This document shows positions 1-9,421 of a stretch of 64,000 nt of DNA, one piece after another (the stretch's first letter is position 1; every line of letters begins with the position of its first letter). The stretch covers positions 1 to 64,000 of IMG/VR virus record IMGVR_UViG_3300033073_001074; one strand, written 5' to 3'. The notes beneath the pieces are model-generated. The model did not search any database. It had not been told where the DNA came from and worked only from the letters and a program-made list of their open reading frames with translations. The position numbers were made by a program, and so were the translations under genes. Origin of the DNA: a virus (taxonomy: Duplodnaviria; Caudoviricetes).

Positions 1-1
1 A

Positions 2-223
2 TATTACGAAGGTATGTGTGAACTAATTCGCTGGCACAATCGGGATTTTTATCAAGCTATTAAAACTGATATCGAGATCAAGGCTACGGAATACGCAGTC
101 CATCTCGATGAAGCAAATAAAAAATATCCTCTGGTAGATTTTGCCCTTGACTCGACGAAGTTCTGTGATATAATGGATAGTGTGGTCGAATACGTAGACA
201 TGATGGAAAATAAAGGAGAATAA
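2..223 (+). CDS. 3' end of a gene truncated by the window edge, probably rIIA-like
   Basis: Frame is open from position 2 (YYEGMCELI...) to TAA 223 and lies directly upstream of an rIIB-like gene, matching the usual rIIA-rIIB order. Confidence 0.45.
   Translation, partial: YYEGMCELIRWHNRDFYQAIKTDIEIKATEYAVHLDEANKKYPLVDFALDSTKFCDIMDSVVEYVDMMENKGE
147..174 (+). promoter_or_regulatory. sigma70-type promoter inside the upstream gene, positioned to drive rIIB
   Basis: TTGACT(147-152), 16 nt, TATAAT(169-174), with extended -10 TG at 166-167. Confidence 0.65.
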
Positions 224-226
224 GAA

Positions 227-1228
227 ATGACCGTTAGCTATATTGAAACCGAAAATGCCCTGACCGTTGTGATCGCCGAAACTGGTAAGATCTACAATAT
301 TGACGATACTCATGCAAATTGGAATAAGGTTCGCGAGAACCTCTATGCAGAAGACTATGATGGTATCGAAGAACTTCTTAGTGTTAAGAAAGTTGTCGAG
401 AACTTCTTCAACTCGTCAACCGCAACTGGCGTTGAAGTCGATGACATTGGTGTTAAGTTTAATGGTGAGTATGTACATAACTATCTTACCAATAAGATTC
501 TTGACTTTGCTAAGCGTGGGCTTTCAGTCAAGCCGCTTGTTAACTTTTTTGAGAAGGTTATGAAGAATCCTTCTTACCGTGCAGTTAATGAGCTTTATAA
601 GTTCCTTGAGCATGGCCTGATGCCAATCACTCCGAATGGCAACTTCCTTGGCTACAAGTCAGTCAAGCAGAACTACAAGGACTGGTATAGTGGCAAGTTT
701 GATAACTCAATTGGTCAAACTCTTGAGATGCCCCGTAACCAAGTTTGTGATGACCCTGAACTGGGTTGTAGCTATGGGTTCCACGTTGGTACTCTAGACT
801 ATGCTAAGAATTTCAATTCTGACAATCGAGTTATGATTGTTGAAGTTGACCCGTCAGATGTTGTGAGCGTTCCTCATGACTGCGGCCACCAAAAGCTGCG
901 GACGGCGAAATATGTTGTTGTGGGCGAATTCGAAAAGCCTCTTGACAACGACTACACCGACGAGTATAATAAGGAAGAAGAAGCGGATGAGCGAACAATC
1001 GAGGATGTTGAACGAGAAATCGACAATATCAAGGATAACCTAGTCCGGTACTCTCACTGCCTATCCCCAAGTGAAATCATCGCATTGGGTGAAGAACTCG
1101 AAGGTCTTGAAGAAGAACTTGAGGCTTTTGAGGATGACGATGAAGAAGATGACGACACAACTACTTACAGCGGTAGTAGCACTCCTAATCGTGATTCAAA
1201 AGGTAGATTCTGTAAACGATCAGAATAA
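227..1228 (+). CDS. rIIB: rIIB-like protein with acidic C-terminal tail
   Basis: C-terminal domain CSYGFHVGTLDYA...VEVDPSDVVSVPHDCGHQKLRTAKYVVV matches T4 rIIB-family motifs; ends with an acidic run and RDSKGRF. Confidence 0.8.
   Translation: MTVSYIETENALTVVIAETGKIYNIDDTHANWNKVRENLYAEDYDGIEELLSVKKVVENFFNSSTATGVEVDDIGVKFNGEYVHNYLTNKILDFAKRGLSVKPLVNFFEKVMKNPSYRAVNELYKFLEHGLMPITPNGNFLGYKSVKQNYKDWYSGKFDNSIGQTLEMPRNQVCDDPELGCSYGFHVGTLDYAKNFNSDNRVMIVEVDPSDVVSVPHDCGHQKLRTAKYVVVGEFEKPLDNDYTDEYNKEEEADERTIEDVEREIDNIKDNLVRYSHCLSPSEIIALGEELEGLEEELEAFEDDDEEDDDTTTYSGSSTPNRDSKGRFCKRSE
942..970 (+). promoter_or_regulatory. perfect sigma70 consensus promoter embedded in rIIB
   Basis: TTGACA(942-947), 17 nt, TATAAT(965-970). 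Confidence 0.7.
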
Positions 1229-1245
1229 GAAATAAGGGTAGAAAT

Positions 1246-1521
1246 ATGAATGAAACATTATCACTACTATTTATAATGGGATGTGTATTTCTACCTATCA
1301 TTTTTCAACCTAGAGTTATTGAAGTTCAAGTTGAAACTATTAAATATATTCCAAAAGATACCAAAGAAAACAAGACATCGAGAATTTATCAAGATTGTTT
1401 GGATTCTTTAGTATCTCTTGGTTTAAAAAAGAAAGCAGCAAAACAAAGAACAGATGAATTGTTTGCCAAAAAGCAATACGTCAAGGTTGAAGAATTTTTA
1501 ATCGACGCTTATAAAATCTAA
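1246..1521 (+). CDS. small membrane-anchored protein with a RuvA C-terminal (domain III)-like helical domain
   Basis: Hydrophobic N-terminus LSLLFIMGCVFLPIIF; C-terminal QDCLDSLVSLGLKKKAA...KVEEFLIDAY resembles RuvA domain III (EAVAALVALGY...ETLIREAL). Confidence 0.5.
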   Translation: MNETLSLLFIMGCVFLPIIFQPRVIEVQVETIKYIPKDTKENKTSRIYQDCLDSLVSLGLKKKAAKQRTDELFAKKQYVKVEEFLIDAYKI

Positions 1522-1532
1522 TCTCCTCTCAT

Positions 1533-1545
1533 TGTGTATTATAAT
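1533..1545 (+). promoter_or_regulatory. candidate phage-specific promoter motif TGTGTATTATAAT
   Basis: Intergenic; the GTGTAT core recurs at 10700, 13686, 18221, 47056 and on the minus strand at 49462 and 56203. Confidence 0.45.
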
Positions 1546-1564
1546 GAGAAGGAGATTTTTTTCT

Positions 1565-1702
1565 ATGTGGCAAATACAAGGCTTCGCGTCTATCATATTT
1601 GTAGATCTATGGAAAGAAAGTCCCATGTCAATGGGGTTAGGTATAGCGTTAACTATATTAACATATTCAACAATAAAGAGGTATATCAAATGCAAAATTT
1701 AG
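1565..1702 (+). CDS. small membrane protein (45 aa), not in the ORF track
   Basis: GGAG at 1551-1554, ATG 1565, MWQIQGFASIIFVDLWKESPMSMGLGIALTILTYSTIKRYIKCKI, TAG 1702; fills the gap between genes. Confidence 0.5.
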   Translation: MWQIQGFASIIFVDLWKESPMSMGLGIALTILTYSTIKRYIKCKI

Positions 1703-2046
1703 CAAGTACATTTCTAGGGTTCGTTTCTCAAATTCACGTATTTCACTGGCTTACAACTTCATATGCTCAGCACCAAGCTCTTGGTGGATTATATGATGGC
1801 ATTCACGACCTAGCAGATGACTTCATGGAAGTTTATATGGGTAAGTATGGTAGAAACATTGGAAACAACTCAGCTAGTATACTGAATTATGATGCATCAA
1901 ACGCAATTGAAACAATTAAGGCTTTTGAAGCATTTCTAATATCATTAACTGGTCAGTTCCAAGAAACAGATACAGATCTTTTAAATATTCGTGACGAGAT
2001 GTTAGCTTTGGTTCACAAGACACAATATCTATTAACCTTAAGTTGA
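1690..2046 (+). CDS. ferritin/Dps-like four-helix-bundle protein
   Basis: Start moved to ATG 1690 (GAGG upstream); HVFHWLTTSYAQHQALGGLYDGIHDLADDFMEVYMG resembles the Dps-like H-W...H..L..LY...D..AE pattern seen in phage proteins. Confidence 0.6.
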   Translation: MQNLASTFLGFVSQIHVFHWLTTSYAQHQALGGLYDGIHDLADDFMEVYMGKYGRNIGNNSASILNYDASNAIETIKAFEAFLISLTGQFQETDTDLLNIRDEMLALVHKTQYLLTLS

Positions 2047-2058
2047 TAGGAGGAAATA

Positions 2059-2835
2059 ATGAATCAAAAAGAACTTCTCGAATCAATCGAAAAAGCTGCC
2101 GCAGCTAAAAAAGCTAAAGAAGGTATGCAAGAAGCAGGAAATGACAAGTTTGTCAATGAAAAGAAATTACAAACTAAAGTCAATCCTATGGGGATTAGAA
2201 ATGATAAGGAACCAGCAGATGTTCCTTTAGATATCGATGAACTATCATATTCTAAAAAGGGCAAAGAAAAGTTTCTTCAAGTTCCCCCAAATCAACCAGC
2301 AGTTTATGATGCCAACACTGCAAAAGATAAAAATGAAAAGAAGTATGATATGAATCGTATTGAACAAATTCATAGTGCTTGGAAGGCAAACAAGGCTAAG
2401 GAAGGAGAAAAATACGATATCAACAGAGTAGAAAAAATGAAGGTTAGTCGAGCAGACAATTCTCCTGAAGAAGTTGTTGAGAGAGCTGTTGAAATGGGCG
2501 TATCTAGCTTAGCATCAACTCACAAGCTATTAATGGAGCTATTAGCTGCATTAAATCCTGACAATATGGAATGCTTAGCTCAACCTTGGATTCAAAGTAA
2601 AATAGCATTAGCTAATGATTATGTAATAGCTATACATGATTATGTAATGTTTCATAATGAATATGGTGACGATGAAGAAAATGAAAAAGAAGAACCGGAA
2701 GAAGCATCAAAGGCTCCAAAGTCAGATTCTTATTTTGGTAATTTTGACGGTCATGACGGTCATTCCTACTCTGCTAACAAACCTGATAGCAAAGTAAAGA
2801 AAGAAAAGTCAGATTACGAATCTGGAAACTTCTGA
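2059..2835 (+). CDS. charged hypothetical protein with a small conserved phage module (WIQSKI..A.DY)
   Basis: AGGAGG RBS; K/E-rich; QPWIQSKIALANDYVIAIHDY motif. Confidence 0.7.
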   Translation: MNQKELLESIEKAAAAKKAKEGMQEAGNDKFVNEKKLQTKVNPMGIRNDKEPADVPLDIDELSYSKKGKEKFLQVPPNQPAVYDANTAKDKNEKKYDMNRIEQIHSAWKANKAKEGEKYDINRVEKMKVSRADNSPEEVVERAVEMGVSSLASTHKLLMELLAALNPDNMECLAQPWIQSKIALANDYVIAIHDYVMFHNEYGDDEENEKEEPEEASKAPKSDSYFGNFDGHDGHSYSANKPDSKVKKEKSDYESGNF

Positions 2836-2836
2836 A

Positions 2837-3307
2837 ATGGATAGAAAATCAGAAATTTTAAAAAATATGGATCAGGCAATTGCATTGCAATATGGTAAAC
2901 CATCTAAAAATGATCCAAGAAAAAAACCGGCTGAGCCAGATGAGCGTAAGCATGGTTCTAAAAAAAATGCCCCAGAGTCTGCAAGTAAACCAAATAAAAA
3001 TATTAAACAGGGTGAGCAGACAACTAACACTCTTTCTTCAATGATGAAAGAACATAATGCCAAAGTTGAAAAAAACAATAAAGGTTATAAGGTGAATATG
3101 GGTCAATTGAAGGCTGTTCAAAGAAGAGGAGAGGGTGCTTTTTCAACAAGTCACCATCCATCTATGGACAGGAGAGGCTGGGGAATAGCAAGAGTGAAAG
3201 CGTTTTTATATTTAATGTATAATGGTAGACCATCAAATCCAAATTACAAACAGGATAATGATTTACTGCCAAAAGACCATCCAAGAAAAAGCAAAGAAGA
3301 AAAATGA
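2837..3307 (+). CDS. basic hypothetical protein with the RRG.GAF.TSH.P...W..ARV.AF phage module
   Basis: LKAVQRRGEGAFSTSHHPSMDRRGWGIARVKAFLYLMYNGRPSNPNYKQDNDLLPKDHP; module recurrent in large aquatic phages, function unknown. Confidence 0.7.
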   Translation: MDRKSEILKNMDQAIALQYGKPSKNDPRKKPAEPDERKHGSKKNAPESASKPNKNIKQGEQTTNTLSSMMKEHNAKVEKNNKGYKVNMGQLKAVQRRGEGAFSTSHHPSMDRRGWGIARVKAFLYLMYNGRPSNPNYKQDNDLLPKDHPRKSKEEK

Positions 3308-3705
3308 TTATCACAATAACAACAATTTTATTATCACAACTAACAATGCCACCAGCGTTGGGAATGTTCGAAATTAGTAATATGATACAAAGAGAAGTTG
3401 GACAAACAAATTCTTGGGATTATATGAATAGAACTGGTGGATTTCGCAGTGTTGCCGTACAATCAAGTTCTCAAGCAAAGGCAAAAGCTAGAGCAGCGGA
3501 AAAGAAAAGTGATTGCTGTGATAACTGCATCTGTTCACAATTAACTGAGCAGGAAATTAAAGATATTAAAGAGCTAATTAAGCAACAAAAAGAACGTCAA
3601 GCTCAAATGGAAAGGTTTAGACAACAAAATCCTAATGGGCAATTTCCTCCGGGCAACTTTGGAGGATTCAGGGGTCGTCCACAACAACAAAAGCAACCAG
3701 ACTGA
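3304..3705 (+). CDS. hypothetical protein, possible signal peptide
   Basis: ATGA overlap with the previous gene; hydrophobic N-terminus, CCDNCIC motif, Q/G-rich tail. Confidence 0.6.
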   Translation: MIITITTILLSQLTMPPALGMFEISNMIQREVGQTNSWDYMNRTGGFRSVAVQSSSQAKAKARAAEKKSDCCDNCICSQLTEQEIKDIKELIKQQKERQAQMERFRQQNPNGQFPPGNFGGFRGRPQQQKQPD

Positions 3706-3717
3706 GGGCATATAAAT

Positions 3718-3876
3718 ATGAGAAAGATTATCGATAACTCTGCAATTAATGTAAATCCGGAAGTAACTGAACCAGTAGTGGAAGCGCCAGTTAAAGAACC
3801 AGTTGCTGCTCCGCTGCCCCCAGTTGAAAAAGTTAAACCATCCAAGAAAGAAGAAAACAAAGATGCCACTTCCTAA
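3718..3876 (+). CDS. small P/E/V/K-rich protein (52 aa), not in the ORF track
   Basis: ATG 3718 after GAGGG; MRKIIDNSAINVNPEVTEPVVEAPVKEPVAAPLPPVEKVKPSKKEENKDATS; TAA 3876. Confidence 0.6.
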   Translation: MRKIIDNSAINVNPEVTEPVVEAPVKEPVAAPLPPVEKVKPSKKEENKDATS

Positions 3877-4435
3877 GAAAAGAAAAGATCAAGATCCTAA
3901 AGCATTCATTTCTAATTGTATGGGTAATCCTACAATGAAGAAAGAATATCCAGATCAAAAGCAGCGAGTTGCAATTTGCATCCATCAAAGTAAAGCTGAA
4001 CACGATGTATTGTCTAAAGTAGATATGCATATGCAGTATGCTAATGCTGAATGGGATGATACTTGGAATGAATTTACATATGAGATCACTATTGCTGGTG
4101 GAGTTTTTTATGAAGACACAAGAGATAAAACTCTTGATGGAGAAACACCGCATGAAGGTCTTGGTAAAGACGAGAAGAGCAAAAAGGTAAAACTTAATAA
4201 ACCGTTCAGAACTCCGGGCGGACCAAAGAAGTTTTCTGTATATGTTAAGAATGAAAAGGGCAATGTTGTAAAAGTTAATTTTGGTGATCCAGATATGGAA
4301 ATCAAACGTGACGATCCTGAAAGAAGAAAGTCATATAGAGCCAGACATAATTGCGACAATCCCGGACCAAAATGGAAAGCTAACTATTGGTCATGTAAAA
4401 TGTGGAGTGGACAACCAGTAAGCAAACTAACATGA
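3863..4435 (+). CDS. hypothetical protein with two conserved phage micro-modules
   Basis: Start moved to ATG 3863; N-terminal MPLP...FISNCMGNPTMKKEYPDQKQRVAIC and C-terminal KLNKPFRT...KKFSVYVK...VNFGDP.M.I....RR.SYRARHNC...YWSC.MW. Confidence 0.7.
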   Translation: MPLPKKRKDQDPKAFISNCMGNPTMKKEYPDQKQRVAICIHQSKAEHDVLSKVDMHMQYANAEWDDTWNEFTYEITIAGGVFYEDTRDKTLDGETPHEGLGKDEKSKKVKLNKPFRTPGGPKKFSVYVKNEKGNVVKVNFGDPDMEIKRDDPERRKSYRARHNCDNPGPKWKANYWSCKMWSGQPVSKLT

Positions 4436-5031
4436 TTTCTATTATACTACCATATTTGACGGCAAATAAATGTATTGATCTATTTAGAAAAATTATTGCC
4501 GAAAATACGACCAATGAATATGAGATTATAGAGATAGCAGATCAAAAAGATGTATACGGTTCTTTTAACGAAGGAGCCAAATTAGCTAATGGAGATCTGC
4601 TTATCTTTATGAATGACGACATCTTTGTATCCAAAGGTTGGGATGAACTATATGTAAAATACGTAACAGGAAAAACAGTGGGAACTGGATATCTTGTCGA
4701 GCCGGGAGTAGCACCTGTTTCATATAAAAATGTAGAAAAGGATTTTGGAAGAACTCCAACGTCTTATAGGCATGAAGACTTTATGAATTGGTGTGACAAA
4801 GAAAAATGTAATGCTCCTGAAATATTGCAAGACACTAAAGGTTGGTATTTACCTATGGCTATTAAAAAAGAATTTTTTGTTGATTTTCCAAATGAGCAAA
4901 AATTTCCTCATCCAAACGATATTCTACTTGTTGATGACTTGCTTCCTAGCTTGGGTTATACCTTTATAAAGGTTGCATCTTTTGCTTATCATTTACAAGG
5001 ATACTCTCATATAAAAGATAATAGATCATGA
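4432..5031 (+). CDS. glycosyltransferase family 2
   Basis: Start ATG 4432 (ATGA overlap); ISIILP...YEII...SFNEGAKLANGDLLIFMNDDIFV GT-A fold with DxD-type motif. Confidence 0.8.
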   Translation: MISIILPYLTANKCIDLFRKIIAENTTNEYEIIEIADQKDVYGSFNEGAKLANGDLLIFMNDDIFVSKGWDELYVKYVTGKTVGTGYLVEPGVAPVSYKNVEKDFGRTPTSYRHEDFMNWCDKEKCNAPEILQDTKGWYLPMAIKKEFFVDFPNEQKFPHPNDILLVDDLLPSLGYTFIKVASFAYHLQGYSHIKDNRS

Positions 5032-6122
5032 AATACGATTTTCTTATTGTGGGATCTGGATTATTTGGGTCTGTATTTGCTAGACAAATGACCGATAAAG
5101 GCAAAAAATGTCTAGTGATAGACAAAAGATCTCACATTGGAGGAAATTGTTATACGGAAAACATTCACAATATAGAGGTCCATAAATATGGGCCTCATAT
5201 TTTTCATACTAACTCTAGAGAAATCTGGGATTATATAAATCAGTTTAGCGATTTCAGACAATTTATTTATAGGCCAAAAGTAAATTTTAAAGGACAGATA
5301 TACTCTTTTCCTATAAATTTATTTACTTTATATCAAGTCTATGGAGTAACTACTCCCGAAGATGCAAAAAACATTTTGGAAACAATATATAAAGAAAAAA
5401 TAGATAATCCTCAAAATTTAGAAGAGTATGCCATTAATGAAGTAGGTTTAGAACTTTATCATAAATTCATCTATGGTTATACAAAAAAACAATGGAATAG
5501 AGAACCAAGAGATTTGCCTAAATCAATAATTGCAAGATTGCCTGTTAGATTAAACTATGATGACAATTATTTTAATGATGAATATCAAGGCATTCCAAAA
5601 AACGGATATACTGAAATATTTAATAACTTATTAACATCAGTTGATACAGAAATAGGAGTTGATTATCTTAAAGATAGAGATAAGTTAGATAGCATGGCTA
5701 AGCGAATTGTATACACAGGACCAATCGATGAGTTTTTTAATTATCAATACGATGCTCTTGAATGGAGAAGTCTAAGATTTGAAGAAGAAATATTAGACAT
5801 TGAAGATTATCAAGGAACATATGTTATAAACTATACTGATTACAATATTCCATATACAAGAATATGTGAGCATAAACACTTCTTAAACAATAAATCAAAT
5901 AAAACAATTATAACAAAAGAATATCCTCAGAATTGGACAAAAGATAACGATAGATATTATCCAGTAAATGATAAAGAAAATATATATAGATATCTAAAAT
6001 ATAGAAACTTGATAGATGAAAATAAATATATTTTTGGCGGAAGATTAGCAGAATATAAATATTATGACATGCATCAAGTTATAGCTAGAGCTTTAAAAAT
6101 AGCCGGAGAAATAAATGATTGA
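5028..6122 (+). CDS. glf: UDP-galactopyranose mutase
   Basis: FAD-binding YDFLIVGSGLFGSVFA; HIGGNCYT; HKYGPHIFHT; YFNDEYQGIP; YYPVN; GRLAEYKYYDMHQVI. Confidence 0.95.
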   Translation: MKYDFLIVGSGLFGSVFARQMTDKGKKCLVIDKRSHIGGNCYTENIHNIEVHKYGPHIFHTNSREIWDYINQFSDFRQFIYRPKVNFKGQIYSFPINLFTLYQVYGVTTPEDAKNILETIYKEKIDNPQNLEEYAINEVGLELYHKFIYGYTKKQWNREPRDLPKSIIARLPVRLNYDDNYFNDEYQGIPKNGYTEIFNNLLTSVDTEIGVDYLKDRDKLDSMAKRIVYTGPIDEFFNYQYDALEWRSLRFEEEILDIEDYQGTYVINYTDYNIPYTRICEHKHFLNNKSNKTIITKEYPQNWTKDNDRYYPVNDKENIYRYLKYRNLIDENKYIFGGRLAEYKYYDMHQVIARALKIAGEIND

Positions 6123-6849
6123 TACAATTATACCCTTTTGTAGTTATGATTATAAATTTATTGATGCCACTATAGATGGTATTCGAGATGTAAGCAAAAA
6201 CATCATAGTAACATACTTTGACTATACTTTTGACGGTAAGCCGGAGAATTTAGAATTAATAAATCAAGTAAAGAATAGAAACACAGATTGTAAATTTATC
6301 CCCCTAGATTATGACTTTTCAGCTAATGCTAGATGGCATCATAATCAAACTCGATGGGTAGGACTTCAATTTTGTAAATCTGATTATGTACTATTTTTAG
6401 ATTCGGATGAAGTTTTTGAAAAGCAAAAAATAAAGCAGTGGTTAGATAGTAATATCGATACTTTAAAAGATGTAACAACATTTGCGAATTACTGGTATTT
6501 TAGATCACCCAAGTATAGAGCAAAAGTTATTGAAGATAGTCCTGTAATGATTAAAAAGGATATCGCTTCTTATGATTATATTTTTGATGATCTAGAACGT
6601 GCATCATTTAAGTACGCCGGAGATTTTTCAAAAAGTTTACAGGTTATGGGATTAGACGGGTTGCCAATGTGCCACCACTATAGCTGGGCCTTATCAAAAG
6701 AAGAAATGCTTAGAAAAGTAAGTTCATGGGGTCATAAGGGTGAAAAGAACTGGGAGCAGCTCATCAACGAAGAATTTTCAAGAGAATTTAATGGCAAAGA
6801 TTTTATTCATGAATACGAGTATGAAATATGCGAACCTTTGATCAAGTAA
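6115..6849 (+). CDS. glycosyltransferase family 2-like protein
   Basis: DYVLFLDSDEVF DxD motif; HHYSW...MLRKVSSWGH C-terminal motif. Confidence 0.7.
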   Translation: MIDTIIPFCSYDYKFIDATIDGIRDVSKNIIVTYFDYTFDGKPENLELINQVKNRNTDCKFIPLDYDFSANARWHHNQTRWVGLQFCKSDYVLFLDSDEVFEKQKIKQWLDSNIDTLKDVTTFANYWYFRSPKYRAKVIEDSPVMIKKDIASYDYIFDDLERASFKYAGDFSKSLQVMGLDGLPMCHHYSWALSKEEMLRKVSSWGHKGEKNWEQLINEEFSREFNGKDFIHEYEYEICEPLIK

Positions 6850-7520
6850 CCCTATTATGTATTGATACAAAGCAACCAATAGAAGCGTTGCTTGCCATGA
6901 TGCAATCTAAAAAGTCAATTGGTTTTGCAGCTTGCAAATTTTTAACAGATAAAGAAAAGCTAGAGCAAGTTCCAAACTTTGTATCAGGAATTGATATTAT
7001 CGACATTGGCAAGATTAATAATTTAGCAAGATATAATGAATTCTGTCTAAAAGAATTTGTAGAATATTTTGATACTGAATTTTGTCTAATGGTTCAACAC
7101 GATGGTTTTGTAGTTAGACCTCATCTTTGGTCTAATAAATTTTTTGAATATGACTATATTGGAGCGCCTTGGCCCGAAGAATGGGGATATTGTAATAGAG
7201 TGGGAAATGGTGGATTTAGTTTAAGATCTAAAAAGTTTGCCCAAAAGTGCAAAGATATATTTAATCATATTGATTTTCATTCTGAAGTTACAAGGGATAG
7301 GAATGATATCTCGATAAATGAAGATTTCTTATCTTGTGTTATTCATTTTGAAGAAATGAAATCTAATGGTATTAAGTTTGCTCCACCTGAATTAGCTGCA
7401 CTTTTTTCAACAGAACACTATGTAAAAGAAATGTTGCCAGAATCATTCGGATTTCACGATAAATTTACAGACTTTACAAAAGAGGCTATTCTTGAAAAGT
7501 ATATCAATCTCACTTTATAA
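6828..7520 (+). CDS. DUF5672-like putative glycosyltransferase
   Basis: CLMVQHDGFVV...FFEYDYIGAPW...VGNGGFSLRSKK...NEDFL...FAPPELAALFSTE...FGFH. Confidence 0.8.
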   Translation: MRTFDQVTLLCIDTKQPIEALLAMMQSKKSIGFAACKFLTDKEKLEQVPNFVSGIDIIDIGKINNLARYNEFCLKEFVEYFDTEFCLMVQHDGFVVRPHLWSNKFFEYDYIGAPWPEEWGYCNRVGNGGFSLRSKKFAQKCKDIFNHIDFHSEVTRDRNDISINEDFLSCVIHFEEMKSNGIKFAPPELAALFSTEHYVKEMLPESFGFHDKFTDFTKEAILEKYINLTL

Positions 7521-8211
7521 TCGACCAGAATATACAGCTAGACTATTTGATCATCTAAACAACTGTATTGGAGTTGATGAGTATAATTTTATTATTTGTG
7601 TGGAACCAGTAAACTCAGATGTAATCAATCTAGCAAAAAGTTTTCGACCCGCGCAATCCTCTCTAACAATTAATGAGGACAAACTGGGATGTCAAACCAA
7701 TATTTTTCAATCAGTCGCAAAAGGTTTTGAAATTAATAATGGATTCCATATTCATCTTGAAGATGATACGATTCCCGGAAAAGATTGTTTAAAATATTTT
7801 GAGTGGGCTGCTGAAAAATATAAAGATGACGAATCAGTATTCTCTATATCCGGGTATGTAAATTCAAATAATTTAATGGAAAATTGTTGCAATTCCAAAA
7901 CGGATGATATAATGCTAGTAGACAGACGTAAACATTTTACACCGTGGGGATGGGGAACATGGCTAAGCAGATGGAAAGAGATTAGAAAAGATTGGGACTT
8001 TGGATATAATAATGGTGGTTGGGATGTCAATATGGCAAAACGACTAAGGCAAGATAGATATGAAATTTATCCAATGGTTTCAAGAATTCAAAATATAGGT
8101 GCAAAAGATGGTATTCATGTAGAGTCAGAAGAGTGGCATAAGAAAAATCACTTCAATGAATACTGGATTGAATCTATCAATAAATATACTGAGGATTTCT
8201 ATGAGAGATAA
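7492..8211 (+). CDS. GT-A fold glycosyltransferase
   Basis: YNRPEYT; IHLEDDTIP; VFSISGY; FTPWGWGTWLSRW; SRIQNIG. Confidence 0.75.
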   Translation: MKSISISLYNRPEYTARLFDHLNNCIGVDEYNFIICVEPVNSDVINLAKSFRPAQSSLTINEDKLGCQTNIFQSVAKGFEINNGFHIHLEDDTIPGKDCLKYFEWAAEKYKDDESVFSISGYVNSNNLMENCCNSKTDDIMLVDRRKHFTPWGWGTWLSRWKEIRKDWDFGYNNGGWDVNMAKRLRQDRYEIYPMVSRIQNIGAKDGIHVESEEWHKKNHFNEYWIESINKYTEDFYER

Positions 8212-8782
8212 ATTAAATAAAATATTAGCAGTAACAAATAATGAATTAAATAATATAGACTATGGAAAATACACTTTAGTTACAGATAGGATATCTGGAT
8301 ATCAGGGGTATTTTTTCTTAGAGTCGGGCAAAGAGCATTATAGATTATTATCATATATATCAACACTGTATAACAATGAGGATATATTTGATATAGGAAC
8401 ATATAAAGGATTCTCAGCTCTTGCTTTAAGTCATAATCCAACAAATAAAGTTATATCATATGATATCTTAGAAGATAGTGATTTGTGGTATATTAAATAC
8501 TCACCCTTCTCTAGCAGCATAGAATATATGGTGGGCGACTGCACACTAGACGAACGACTACTGCAATCAAATTTTATTTCACTAGACACTGCTCATGATG
8601 GAGTATACGAAGAATATTTCTTGGGCTATCTTGCAAAAAATAATTGGCAAGGACTATTACTTATGGATGATATTCATGAATACCCCGCTTTGAAGAATAT
8701 ATGGCACTCAATAACCAAGGAAAAATATGATTTGACAAATAAGGGTCATTGGTCAGGAACTGGATTGGTGGTGTTTGAATGA
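8201..8782 (+). CDS. class I SAM-dependent methyltransferase
   Basis: Start moved to ATG 8201; IFDIGTYKGFSALAL...VISYDI...ISLDTAHDG...LLLMDDI. Confidence 0.75.
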   Translation: MRDKLNKILAVTNNELNNIDYGKYTLVTDRISGYQGYFFLESGKEHYRLLSYISTLYNNEDIFDIGTYKGFSALALSHNPTNKVISYDILEDSDLWYIKYSPFSSSIEYMVGDCTLDERLLQSNFISLDTAHDGVYEEYFLGYLAKNNWQGLLLMDDIHEYPALKNIWHSITKEKYDLTNKGHWSGTGLVVFE

Positions 8783-9417
8783 GATATTGGAAACCTTTAA
8801 AAATTGATAAGCCTGAAAAAATAAGAATTGTTGCCGCGTCATATTTTAATAATGATAAAAAAAGATTTTATGCTTCTAAATGTTTTATTAATTCAATATT
8901 AAATCAGACATATGATAATTTTGAACTTTTTATAGTTCATGATGGGCCAATTGATAAAACCGAAGAAGCCAAAGATTTTATTGCATCTATTAAAGATCCC
9001 AGAATTAAACTATTTGAAACTGAAAAAAGAGAAGGTAAATATGGATATCCCCACAGAAAAAAATACGCCTTTCTAAATGAAGATTTTGATTGGCTCATAT
9101 TTACAAATGATGACAATTATTATGTACCTGTTGCATTAGAAACTTTTTTGCATGGATGTCAAAAATTAGATAAAAAAATTATCTATTCTAATATGTTATC
9201 AAGTCATAAATTCTGGTTTCCTTTGATTACAGATTTTCAAAAAGAAAAACTAGACTTAGGTGGCTTTATGATTCATAAAGATATCATGAGAGACTATGGC
9301 TTTGTTTTATCAGAAAATAATTGTTTTGTAGCTGATGGTCTATTGATTAATCAGCTAAGATTAGATCATTCAGATAAGATAGTTAAACTAGATAATTTTC
9401 TTTATATACACAATTGA
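8779..9417 (+). CDS. glycosyltransferase family 2
   Basis: SILNQTYDNFELFIVHDGP...GKYGYPHR...WLIFTNDDNYYVP. Confidence 0.8.
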   Translation: MRYWKPLKIDKPEKIRIVAASYFNNDKKRFYASKCFINSILNQTYDNFELFIVHDGPIDKTEEAKDFIASIKDPRIKLFETEKREGKYGYPHRKKYAFLNEDFDWLIFTNDDNYYVPVALETFLHGCQKLDKKIIYSNMLSSHKFWFPLITDFQKEKLDLGGFMIHKDIMRDYGFVLSENNCFVADGLLINQLRLDHSDKIVKLDNFLYIHN

Positions 9418-9421
9418 GGTA

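Noticed and set aside
3711-3718. T4-type late promoter TATAAATA
   Set aside because: Only one intergenic instance; other copies (e.g. about 23415 and 26250) are inside AT-rich CDSs, consistent with chance
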